Virus record (IMG/VR): IMGVR_UViG_3300029955_000001
DNA from: a virus
Taxonomy: Duplodnaviria > Caudoviricetes
Length of the DNA: 64,000 bases
Direction: 5' to 3' (one strand)
This document shows, piece by piece, positions 49,032 through 57,817 of the stretch (positions within the stretch are counted from its first letter, which is position 1; each line of letters starts with the position of its first letter). The notes under the pieces were generated by a model. The model ran no database searches, was not told where the DNA came from, and worked only from the letters and a program-made list of their open reading frames with translations. Position numbers and translations under genes: made by a program.

Positions 49032-49616
49032 CTACTCTTTTGGCGTGTCGATTACAATAGATTTACCTTTTACACCATAACGATACACATAAATGGTAAT
49101 TTTTTGTAATGTCACGACATAGTCAAATGTATAACCAGCAATGAGCTTTGAAAGTGCAACGTAAGCAGTGAGTTCGCTATTTAGTTTTTTATTACCACGT
49201 GCTAGTAAATTTGCATCAAAGTAACGCATGCTTTTTTGAAGCTGCTCAATGTTTAAACCTTCTCCACTAATTTGTGCGTTGTTAACAGAAGTAATTATGT
49301 TCGTAAGACTTAGTTCTAGATAACTATTAACATCCGTATAATCGAATATATCGAGGACTACTGTGCCAATGCAATTATTGTCAGTTAATGCATCCGATGT
49401 TTTAAATAATTGAATATCGACATGTTTTTCTCGCAATTGAAGCACGTAGGTAATAGACACACCTGATAAATAAGGGCGCGATGCTAGAACATCATCGATG
49501 AATTCCATAATTACACTTAACCGGTCAAGCGTTGTGTACTCAGTTAACACAGTACGTAGTAGCCACGTGCCTATTACACAAACATATGTAAGTGGTTTTA
49601 GTAAAGACATTTTCAT
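49032..49616 (-). CDS. Hypothetical protein
   Basis: Start reassigned to ATG 49616 after AAGGA. Confidence 0.65.
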   Translation of the reverse strand: MKMSLLKPLTYVCVIGTWLLRTVLTEYTTLDRLSVIMEFIDDVLASRPYLSGVSITYVLQLREKHVDIQLFKTSDALTDNNCIGTVVLDIFDYTDVNSYLELSLTNIITSVNNAQISGEGLNIEQLQKSMRYFDANLLARGNKKLNSELTAYVALSKLIAGYTFDYVVTLQKITIYVYRYGVKGKSIVIDTPKE

Positions 49617-49629
49617 CTGGTTTCCTTTT

Positions 49630-50034
49630 TTAATTAACAAGTTCAAAACGTTTAAATCTAATTAAAGAAATATCGTTATTGATATATTTTTTAAATGCAT
49701 ACCAACAGATACCATCTTTATCGTAAGCTTCGATATGTTTTAGTTTCGCTATAAATGCGTCGCCTAACGTGTGTATCGCATCCCCTAGTTTTTTTACTTC
49801 TTCTGATTGTTCAGTGTATGCGTATAATATTATTATTTCTGAAGCATACTCTTCGAGGCATGTATTAGCATCAGCCAAATCGGTGATGTAATCGAATATA
49901 GCTGGGACAAAGTCATGCCCAGCAAAATCATTACTAAACGATAGAGAGTTTAAAACATTGTCGAAATCCTTTATTAACTTCAATGTATCAAGAATGATTA
50001 AATCAGGATATTCGTTTATCTGGTCCATTTTCAA
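49630..50034 (-). CDS. Hypothetical protein
   Basis: 134-aa ORF in operon. Confidence 0.65.
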   Translation of the reverse strand: MKMDQINEYPDLIILDTLKLIKDFDNVLNSLSFSNDFAGHDFVPAIFDYITDLADANTCLEEYASEIIILYAYTEQSEEVKKLGDAIHTLGDAFIAKLKHIEAYDKDGICWYAFKKYINNDISLIRFKRFELVN

Positions 50035-50047
50035 ATCTCTTATAAAA

Positions 50048-50482
50048 TTACACTTCGAATAATATTCTCCAAGCTTTTTTGTGACAAGCTAAACCTGCTG
50101 GCGTGAAACCGGGTTTATCTTGCTGCCAACAAGGAAAACATAAATACTGACGATAGTAGTTAGCCACTAAATCAACACCCAGCCCTCTTTGTCGATACGC
50201 TGGGTCAACTACTAAATCGCCGTAGAGGTATGCGCCTATAATCTTATTTTCTTTAAGCCGCATAATCGCGCCGGCGTTAACTGGTTCGGTGACAATATCG
50301 TATAATCCAAAAGCTTGTTTTTGTATAACGACATTAGAAATAACTGCAAGAGCTTCAGAGTCATCAGTAACTGCTTCAGCTAAAATTTGTTCTAATGTTT
50401 TTTCGAAACAAAGATCAATAGTAGGTACTCTTAAAACACTATCTGCGCCTGTCAAGAAATGAAGCAATGATATTTCTACCAT
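50048..50482 (-). CDS. GNAT-family acetyltransferase
   Basis: Acetyl-CoA binding motif LVVDPAYRQRGLG; C-terminal TPAG. Confidence 0.8.
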   Translation of the reverse strand: MVEISLLHFLTGADSVLRVPTIDLCFEKTLEQILAEAVTDDSEALAVISNVVIQKQAFGLYDIVTEPVNAGAIMRLKENKIIGAYLYGDLVVDPAYRQRGLGVDLVANYYRQYLCFPCWQQDKPGFTPAGLACHKKAWRILFEV

Positions 50483-50530
50483 GATAGCTCTCCTTAATAA
50501 AGAAATGTAAATTACTATTATTTCAAAATT

Positions 50531-50547
50531 GTAATATATGTCTGAAA
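50531..50547 (-). promoter_or_regulatory. Putative early promoter
   Basis: Minus-strand TTTCAGACATATATTAC with a phiKZ-like TATATTAC core. Confidence 0.65.
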
Positions 50548-50635
50548 TATTCTGTGATAAAAAAAATAGTAACTATTAGGCTACTAATTTTTTTTATTTC
50601 AATTTAACGAGTATTCTCCGTGTTATGCTACTCAG

Positions 50636-51091
50636 TTAAATTGAAATAGGCAATTTACCGCTCAATATCCATGACACGATATCAACAGATAAGCAGTCTA
50701 TAATCTGTCGTGTAGCGCTCACAAAACGCTCGTTGTTAGCCGCTGATTTTGCTCGTAGATATTTCAGGTAATCTGGCGTGCTATAATGTCTGGTATGTGT
50801 TACTTGTTTACCACGATGTATTAACTCTATTAAAGATAATACATTAACTATCCCGTTAATAGTACGCGATATACAAAACCCCGTCGTAATACTACCTGGA
50901 TCTATTTTTACTTCTATTTCTTGTAATTGACAATCCTTTTGATCTAGATCAATTAATTGGATTACAAAAGGTTTTACCTTTATCACACGTGCTCTACCTC
51001 TTTCGAGTAATAAACGTGCTCTTTTACCAGTACACGGCATGAGTGGTAGTTTATTCTTATCGATTACAAATACAAATGGTTTACCTGACAT
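50636..51091 (-). pseudogene. iscB: Truncated IscB (PLMP/RRXRR domain + RuvC-I; no HNH or RuvC-II/III)
   Basis: FVIDKNKLPLMPC..KRARLLL..GRA...PFVIQL, KIDPGS.TTG, EL.HRG; about 151 aa from ATG 51091. Confidence 0.88.
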
Positions 51092-51099
51092 AATAATCT

Positions 51100-51328
51100 T
51101 TCTGTGATTTACATCACTGGTTACATTCCCCTCGACAATGTTAAAATAGCTTTTTACGTTATACACATTATCCCTTACTCTTAGGATTGTTTAATGTATA
51201 ACGACAGAGCTACAGACTGAGGAAGCATCTGTAGGTATCATGACTAAAATAACGTAGTACAATTAAGTACTGAGTCTGGTCAACTTAATACCTTACGGTA
51301 TCATCCTTTTAGGGATGGAGTAATTGAC
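51100..51328 (-). ncRNA. IscB omega-RNA (HEARO-type) scaffold
   Basis: GTCAATTAC...CCTAAAAGG...GTTGACCAGACTCAG...ACTACGTT...TAAACA...AACATTGTCGAGGG directly upstream of iscB. Confidence 0.85.
51268..51322. repeat. 55-bp exact repeat, copy 1 (omega-RNA 5' module)
   Basis: Identical to 57074-57128. Confidence 0.9.
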
Positions 51329-51495
51329 AGTTCTTGAGAATCTTCAGGTGCGTATGAAAATGCGCGTTTTTCAATAACGACTAATTTATAAATAAAATTT
51401 GTTACGTCGTCTTTATGTTTAAGTAAAAGTGCTTTTTCTTTTATTTGTTTAATAACATCTAGTATATTGCGCCCTATTATTTTTTCATCGCTCAC
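51301..51495 (-). CDS. Small hypothetical protein whose 3' end is supplied by the IscB element
   Basis: AAGGAG RBS; stop codon lies inside the omega-RNA. Confidence 0.6.
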   Translation of the reverse strand: MSDEKIIGRNILDVIKQIKEKALLLKHKDDVTNFIYKLVVIEKRAFSYAPEDSQELSITPSLKG

Positions 51496-51506
51496 AATTT
51501 TCTCCT

Positions 51507-52331
51507 TTATTTTAAGTCAAGTGGCACGCCTATTATTGGATCTTCTCCATGAAATATTACACCTACTCGGTTTACTACTTTATCGAAAATAGGCATCTCT
51601 AGTTCCAATATTCTTGATCTAGCCACTTGTAAATTTGAGTCTGTTCTTGCTTTATGTTTCTGTGGAAGTGAATCTAATTCTTCAGTAGAAAATAAACCAG
51701 CTATAACACGGCGCTGAATAAACGTGCCGCGTTTGAATGAAGATGGAAAATCATTCCAATTGACACCTTTTGCCATCAGCATATCTTGCATCTCTGCACC
51801 TGATTTTTTGTGCAATTGAGCTTGACTATAAAAAGCACTAGCTGCCATGCTAATACTATTTTTAGAAGCATCGCGTTCACGCCATAGGAAGTTATTTGTT
51901 GCTTCTTCTAACGTAGGGAAGTTACATGCTCTGGCGTCAAATGTAGGTAAGCGATCAGCAAAACCTGGCATTTGTTTTAACACTTCTCTGTAAAAGAAAA
52001 GTGTGGCTTGCGCAGCAAGATGAGAAGTCATTTTAGCTACTCTTCTATCAAACCAAATTTGATTCTTTAAACTATCAGAATACCACGTCAGAGTAATTTC
52101 ATCACTCTGCGTATACCCCATGATAGCATTGGTGTGGTCTACTAAATATTTAGTAGTATTAACCATAGCTCTAGTCATCCGTAAATCAAATGGGCGATCC
52201 ATTCCTTTTGTAAAACGACTGAAACCACGACCATCTAATCTTGCTACGATTGGTAGTAACGGGAAGAACCTACGATCAGATTCGTAGTCTTCATACATTT
52301 TCATACGATCGCCAAGTGCGTCTAAAGACAT
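51507..52331 (-). CDS. Thg1-like tRNA-His guanylyltransferase (3'-5' polymerase)
   Basis: RMK.YE, RLDGRGFS.FT, YTQSDEI, FDAR, F.WR..DA.KNS and KRGTF motifs. Confidence 0.92.
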   Translation of the reverse strand: MSLDALGDRMKMYEDYESDRRFFPLLPIVARLDGRGFSRFTKGMDRPFDLRMTRAMVNTTKYLVDHTNAIMGYTQSDEITLTWYSDSLKNQIWFDRRVAKMTSHLAAQATLFFYREVLKQMPGFADRLPTFDARACNFPTLEEATNNFLWRERDASKNSISMAASAFYSQAQLHKKSGAEMQDMLMAKGVNWNDFPSSFKRGTFIQRRVIAGLFSTEELDSLPQKHKARTDSNLQVARSRILELEMPIFDKVVNRVGVIFHGEDPIIGVPLDLK

Positions 52332-52358
52332 TATTATTCTCCTTTTTTTACATTATAG

Positions 52359-52677
52359 CTAATTATACATCGAAATCGTTGCTGGTTTAGCTAAACAGAT
52401 ATCGATGTTTTTTTTCATTACGCACAGGTAAACAATATCGAATACCTTCTGTGTTATTTTTATTAAAGAAATGCAACGTATAACATGGCAGAACTTCGTC
52501 GCCCTGATATTTAGTTTCTGCTGTACCTGTTTGCATATCAAATTCATTTAGTTCTGTTACAACTGTATGTATAAAGCTATGAAATTTATTTTGAAGCTCT
52601 TTATTAATACAGCGTGTCGTAATGAATTCAAATACAGGAACTGGGTCACTTCCTAATGATGGTAAATGTTCTAACAT
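52359..52677 (-). CDS. Hypothetical protein, paralog of 52692-53033; C-terminus altered by an A8 run
   Basis: Shares CYT..F.N..N..GIRYCL.V.NEK with its neighbour; A7 would restore a neighbour-like tail. Confidence 0.6.
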
Positions 52678-52691
52678 GTTACTCTCCTTTA

Positions 52692-53033
52692 TTAATGAAG
52701 CACAAGTCCTTTATTAACTTTACCATTTACTTCTGTATACATTAGTCCCACATCAGTGATTTTTTCATTTTCTACTAGAAGACAATAACGAATACCATTT
52801 TTATTAAATTCATTATAAAAACGCACCGTATAACACGATACTTTTACACCTGATGTATCAGTGCTTCGTGATATTCCCGTAACAATAATAGGTGCGTCTA
52901 TTTTTACTAATGCGTCTTTTAAAAAATCATAAAACTTTTTTTCAACTTCTTGACTAGCATAACGCTCTTTGAAAAAACGTAGTACCTGTGTAAAATCATG
53001 CGTTATAGGTAGCGGTTCTATTTCTTCACTCAT
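52692..53033 (-). CDS. Hypothetical protein (paralog pair)
   Basis: GGAGG RBS; paralogy with the downstream gene. Confidence 0.7.
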   Translation of the reverse strand: MSEEIEPLPITHDFTQVLRFFKERYASQEVEKKFYDFLKDALVKIDAPIIVTGISRSTDTSGVKVSCYTVRFYNEFNKNGIRYCLLVENEKITDVGLMYTEVNGKVNKGLVLH

Positions 53034-53168
53034 TATACATCCTCCTCTGTTTCTACTGAGAACGGCGCAAGTTCTGGTATAAATGGTAAGTCTACATCAG
53101 TATCTTCCAGTGTATCGCGCCAGTAGCCGATAACCTTTTTATCTTTAATCACAATACTCTCCTTTATT

Positions 53169-53594
53169 TCACCATACTGGTGAACTATCTTTCCATGTTC
53201 TTATTGTATCAAAGACCTTTTTATTATTTTCTATTTCAAAGATAGTCTGATGTAGATATGGTCTGCGTGTAGACTTAATTATAGACATGAAAATAACAAT
53301 AGCAACATCAGCTCTCCATACGACTTTAACAAAAGCGTCTTTAGCAAACGCGCTAATTGGCGCCTTATCTTTATCGTAGATAATCACTGACTCGTTCTCT
53401 ACATGAAGATCTTTTATCTTTAGTATAAATAACTCTAGCTTCGATTTAGGAATACCGACATGACAAGATTCCCAATTATCAAAATGCCTTGTAGTGATAT
53501 ATACTAACGCAGCAGCGTTTTTAACTGTAAGACCAGGAACACTAAGACGAAGAAGTCTCACTATATTGCTATCATTCATGTTCTCGTTCCTCAA
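53169..53594 (-). CDS. Putative helix-turn-helix (XRE-like) protein
   Basis: LR...GLT...AA.LV.IT.R....WE.....IP...LEL pattern. Confidence 0.55.
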   Translation of the reverse strand: MRNENMNDSNIVRLLRLSVPGLTVKNAAALVYITTRHFDNWESCHVGIPKSKLELFILKIKDLHVENESVIIYDKDKAPISAFAKDAFVKVVWRADVAIVIFMSIIKSTRRPYLHQTIFEIENNKKVFDTIRTWKDSSPVW

Positions 53595-54255
53595 ATTCAG
53601 TAAATTTAAACGTATAGTTAACGTCTAATGTTACTGTATTCATTGCAGTAGCCGTTTCCTCAGAACTGATTGGACAGCAACCTGTAAATACTGTTCTAGG
53701 TCGTTTCTTCATTGCGATCTTTGCACGACGTTTAGACATCTGATTGATCTTAGAGTTACTTTTGACAACGACTATTGTGCTTTTATGTAAATCTTGTTCT
53801 TTATGTTCATAGCTTTTTATCCAATTTTTAAAGAATGAAAATACATCTTGGTCTTTAGAAAGTGGAGTTTCGCTTTTATCGACGCTTAATTCTTCTTTCC
53901 AGAAAAAATCTATCAATGGATCAATAACTTTCAATTTGCATGTTGTTAGCGGGATACCGCTAACAATAGATAGCCAAGCTGCTCGTTCAATGCCAATTTT
54001 TTCTGAATCAACACCATAAAGAAAGTAGTATCCATTATGCTCGGTAATAAGATAAATAGCCCAACGATATGTATCTTTATCTGGGCCATCGCATTGCGCT
54101 TCTATAAGCCCAGTGCGATCATCATGTTTTATAGGGAAGACAGCTATATGTGTTATTGGATGTTTGAAATTTTTAATACGTTCTAATAACTGTTCGTTAC
54201 TTTGCATGTGTTTCGATGATAAAATAGCTGATGAAGATTTTACTGGTAAGTCCAT
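53572..54255 (-). CDS. Hypothetical protein
   Basis: AAGGAG RBS; 227 aa. Confidence 0.65.
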   Translation of the reverse strand: MDLPVKSSSAILSSKHMQSNEQLLERIKNFKHPITHIAVFPIKHDDRTGLIEAQCDGPDKDTYRWAIYLITEHNGYYFLYGVDSEKIGIERAAWLSIVSGIPLTTCKLKVIDPLIDFFWKEELSVDKSETPLSKDQDVFSFFKNWIKSYEHKEQDLHKSTIVVVKSNSKINQMSKRRAKIAMKKRPRTVFTGCCPISSEETATAMNTVTLDVNYTFKFTEFEEREHE

Positions 54256-54323
54256 TTAGTAACTCCTTATTAAACAATAGCAGTCAGTCCATGTTATATT
54301 ACATGCTTCTTTATCTCTAAAGT

Positions 54324-55226
54324 TCAAATGGAGATATCATCTCTTGAACGTCTACAAATATATCGCGCAAATCGTGGAGCGTCTTTTAACCCTGTGTCAA
54401 CACTACGATATTTAATAGGTTCATTAATTAATTCTGTCGGATTATCAAAATAATAGAGACGTTCAGCATGGGACATTTTACCTGGTCCAACGTTAATAAT
54501 TTGTCCAGATAAAATATCACGACAAATTAATAAACCTACCATGCCTTTTCCAATTTTATTTTCTCTATGGCTACTGCGTTCTGTATAACCGAGCATATTT
54601 TTCTTAGCTATATTCAAATTCTTTTGGGCTTCTATTATTTTTAATACAATTGCATCTTTGTCCGAGGATGGTTTTAAACGTAAAAACCATCCTTCATTCA
54701 CAGTACATCTGCCGTTTTTATGATGTCCTAATGGATCGCGTAATATAATTCCTTCATATCCTTTTTTGAGACATTCGTTATAGAACGATAATACTTCTAT
54801 TTCATTCTTTAATAAAACATGAGGGATAATTCTAACATCATTTGGTTTATATTTTCTAATATAACTCTCTAATGCTTTTATTCGATTAGCATAAATAAGA
54901 CTAATTGTATCTTCTCTTAAGAAATCAAATGCATTCCAAATAACATGTGGCTCGCCTTCTATTGTTGTTAAAACTGAATTTGTGTCTCTGCAAAGTGATT
55001 TTGATGTAATGTCTCCATAAGTTGCTTCGCCATCAATGCCTGTATAAATAGAATGGGAGAAACGAGTAGTGGTATATAAATTTGCATGGGGATTTAAACT
55101 ACGACCAGTGGCAGTCCCAATAAGGTGCATTAAACGCACACCGTCTATTTTTGGGAACCCCATCACCGGATAATTTATATTGTCTAAAACCGCATCGCAA
55201 GCTAAAGACGGTTTATGCTTATACAT
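54324..55226 (-). CDS. ATP-dependent DNA ligase
   Basis: Motif I PKIDGVR, motif III DGE, FD, motif IV YEGIILR, motif V LRLK and PRF. Confidence 0.92.
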   Translation of the reverse strand: MYKHKPSLACDAVLDNINYPVMGFPKIDGVRLMHLIGTATGRSLNPHANLYTTTRFSHSIYTGIDGEATYGDITSKSLCRDTNSVLTTIEGEPHVIWNAFDFLREDTISLIYANRIKALESYIRKYKPNDVRIIPHVLLKNEIEVLSFYNECLKKGYEGIILRDPLGHHKNGRCTVNEGWFLRLKPSSDKDAIVLKIIEAQKNLNIAKKNMLGYTERSSHRENKIGKGMVGLLICRDILSGQIINVGPGKMSHAERLYYFDNPTELINEPIKYRSVDTGLKDAPRFARYICRRSRDDISI

Positions 55227-55298
55227 AATTTTATTTATATTTTTGGTTTATTATCACACCGCTATTTAAAGCCATTTTAAAATACGATAAGATGCAAA

Positions 55299-55598
55299 TT
55301 ATACAACCGATGGTTTTAATTCGGTGCTATTAGGCTCTGCTTTAACACCATCGACGAAATCAATGAGTTCCCGCTCAATAGAAGAACAGTCGTCATGTCC
55401 GCGACTAATACTATTTCTGTCAATAAAGCCTTCATATTCAGAACGACTAACAAACTTAATAGTAAGTAATTTATCCTTATAAGTCGTTTGCAATGTGTGT
55501 CTATCTTTAACTACCCATGTTAAAGATAGACGTGGTAATGTTATTTTTAAAAAACCACTTCAATCGACACTAGTTTCACTATCGTCAAAGTTACTCAT
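55299..55598 (-). pseudogene. 100-codon gene interrupted by an in-frame TGA at codon 13
   Basis: AAAGGA RBS then MSNFDDSETSVD*SGFLKITLPRLSLTWVVKDRHTLQTTYKDK..., in frame with the 55299-55493 ORF. Confidence 0.55.
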
Positions 55599-55668
55599 GA
55601 TTATTCCTTTATTAAATTAATGCTGTTTGAATACCATTGCGATCACTGTACTATAGTCCATGCATTTT

Positions 55669-56580
55669 TTATACCCTTGGAGTAACCGGTTCGGCGATTT
55701 GAGATTGATATTTGCCGCCGCGATCTTTATACGAAACTTCGCACGGTCTTGTGCCACGAAAAAACTGAATTTGTGCACAACCTTCGTTAGCGTAAAGCAT
55801 TGCTGGTAATGGCGTTGCATTAGCAAATTCTAACGTCAGATAACCTTCCCATTCAGGTTCCAACGGTGTTACCATCACTGAAATACCGCATCTGGCATAG
55901 GTCGATTTACCTACACAGTTAGACACTATATCGCGAGGTATGATAAAACGCTCCAGGGTATGGGTAAGTACGAAGGAATTAGGAGGAATGATGCAAATAG
56001 GTCCTTTGAAATTAACGAAATTCTTATCGTCGAAGTTCTTTGGATCTACGACCGTTGAATTTATATTGGTAAATATTTTAAATTCATCAGAACAACGAAT
56101 ATCGTAACCAAAGCTTGATAAACCATAACTTACGATTTTCTCAGCAATTTCTAGACCCAAACTGAGATCTGTACTACGCCATTTTTCTTTGATATCAAAA
56201 TCAACACTACCGTCGAATGATGCTTGCCATTTACGTCGTTGTTCTTCATTTGGACGTATCCATCGCTCACGTACTTGTCCATCCACAAATGGACTGATCA
56301 TCGGATTGAAATTAGCTTTTTCTCTAACAGTCAATTCACGATAAGCCATCGTACCTAAGGCATGCGTGTTTCTTAATTTATTGAATTCGTAGAAACCTAT
56401 TTCTTTAAGCAGATCTTCTTCCGACTGATACGTAAAAGAATCTATTGGTTGAGGTACAAGAAAAACATCAAACTGTACTCCGCTATCATCAGGCGGCGGC
56501 GTCACTGATGTCATCCTTGTTACTACGTATTTTGGTGGACTGCACAACTCACGTATCTGGCGATCACAAAGTATGCTCAT
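55669..56580 (-). CDS. dcd: dCTP deaminase with two N-terminal insertions
   Basis: [41 protein letters not shown] and Y.GKYQ.Q motifs. Confidence 0.92.
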   Translation of the reverse strand: MSILCDRQIRELCSPPKYVVTRMTSVTPPPDDSGVQFDVFLVPQPIDSFTYQSEEDLLKEIGFYEFNKLRNTHALGTMAYRELTVREKANFNPMISPFVDGQVRERWIRPNEEQRRKWQASFDGSVDFDIKEKWRSTDLSLGLEIAEKIVSYGLSSFGYDIRCSDEFKIFTNINSTVVDPKNFDDKNFVNFKGPICIIPPNSFVLTHTLERFIIPRDIVSNCVGKSTYARCGISVMVTPLEPEWEGYLTLEFANATPLPAMLYANEGCAQIQFFRGTRPCEVSYKDRGGKYQSQIAEPVTPRV

Positions 56581-56656
56581 TGTTTAATTTCCTTTCGTAT
56601 TTAAGTCTTGTGTTATTCTCAGAACATCGCTTTCACTATCTATCAAAGCTACCATA

Positions 56657-56953
56657 TCAGTCACCTTTATTGAAAAACGTATCTACACCAACAGTTATTG
56701 ACGTAGCACCTGCTGCTAAGAGTTCGTCATGTTGTTCAATGGTTATTTTGCAGTTAGTTAATATCACGTAATACTCGGGACTCACTACGATATCCCAATC
56801 GTATTCAGTTTTTAGTAAAACGGATATGAATTTTTCAATAGCTTTCTTTAGTGACAGATTGTCAGATAAAAGACTACTTGAATATTCTTTATCGTCGTTA
56901 CGCTGAGATACGTTTGCTTCTTTTCTATACGCGTAAGTTACCCAGCCGCTCAT
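56657..56953 (-). CDS. Hypothetical protein
   Basis: AAAGGA RBS; 98 aa. Confidence 0.7.
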   Translation of the reverse strand: MSGWVTYAYRKEANVSQRNDDKEYSSSLLSDNLSLKKAIEKFISVLLKTEYDWDIVVSPEYYVILTNCKITIEQHDELLAAGATSITVGVDTFFNKGD

Positions 56954-57054
56954 AGTGTTTTCCTTTACGAATTATTAAATGTTATTGTTCGCAATGATGG
57001 TATTTGTATACCCTTTCATCTCTTCTAAAATAAGATATTCTTTAATACACATAC

Positions 57055-57134
57055 ATAACGTAGTATCTTTCGATACTGAGTCTGGTCAACTTAATACCTT
57101 ACGGTATCATCCTTTTAGGGATGGAGTAGTTGAT
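57055..57134 (-). ncRNA. Stand-alone 5' module of an IscB omega-RNA / element left end (no iscB)
   Basis: 80 nt homologous to 51249-51328, with a compensatory hairpin (AGTATC-GAAA-GATACT vs AGTAC-TTAATT-GTACT). Confidence 0.75.
57074..57128. repeat. 55-bp exact repeat, copy 2
   Basis: Identical to 51268-51322. Confidence 0.9.
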
Positions 57135-57351
57135 TAAATAAATAAGTTTGAAGACTATCCAATTCTTCGAGCATAATGTCTTCATCAAAACAAATGGATG
57201 ACAGGCTTGTAATGATGTCACCACGGCGTTTGTTTTCAGTCACCCATTCACTACCTACCTTAGCTTTGTACCATCCTTTAAACAAAGCTAAAAGAGTCGT
57301 GATGTCGCGTTGTTCGTGACTGACATATGGAGTTATAAACGGTACGCTCAT
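57115..57351 (-). CDS. Small hypothetical protein whose stop lies inside the omega-RNA copy
   Basis: AAGGA RBS; ends NQLLHP* within the repeat. Confidence 0.6.
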   Translation of the reverse strand: MSVPFITPYVSHEQRDITTLLALFKGWYKAKVGSEWVTENKRRGDIITSLSSICFDEDIMLEELDSLQTYLFNQLLHP

Positions 57352-57361
57352 TTTATTTCCT

Positions 57362-57802
57362 TTATTTAGACTGCTGTTTAATAAGCTTATCTACTTTGAT
57401 ATAAACTTGCATTTGTTCTTTTCTTGTTGTTAGATCTTGCATTCCATCTGTTACTTCTAAACCTTGTCTGATGTACTGAATCTCCTCATCAGATATTCCC
57501 CACTTATTATCCGTTCGAGACCATCTATCTTTTACGTCACAGATAGCATTAACGGCTAACATCAATACTTCTTTTTCTTCTTCTTTAAAGAATATATCAG
57601 CAAACTCTAAACCTACACTTAATCTAAAGCTAATATCTCTCCATCCTTGCAATGATCCATTTCTTTCAATAAATTCTTCTAATCGTAAATATGGTTTTAT
57701 GTTAAGAAGACCAGCTTCGCTTTCTGTGGTTAGAGGCGTGCTCAATAATAATGTACGACGAACATTAGCTGATTTTCTAGAAGATTTTTTATTACCTGCC
57801 AT
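57362..57802 (-). CDS. Hypothetical phage protein
   Basis: GGAG RBS; basic N-terminus; helical. Confidence 0.7.
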   Translation of the reverse strand: MAGNKKSSRKSANVRRTLLLSTPLTTESEAGLLNIKPYLRLEEFIERNGSLQGWRDISFRLSVGLEFADIFFKEEEKEVLMLAVNAICDVKDRWSRTDNKWGISDEEIQYIRQGLEVTDGMQDLTTRKEQMQVYIKVDKLIKQQSK

Positions 57803-57817
57803 TTGTTCTCCGTTTTA

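Noticed and set aside
28831-55562. Genome-wide stop-codon reassignment suggested by in-frame TAA/TGA codons
   Set aside because: TAA, TGA and TAG all terminate well-supported core genes here, and long ORFs are intact under the standard code.
55669-56580. Intein in the dCTP deaminase
   Set aside because: The insertions are short and lack N-terminal Cys/Ser plus C-terminal His-Asn splice motifs.
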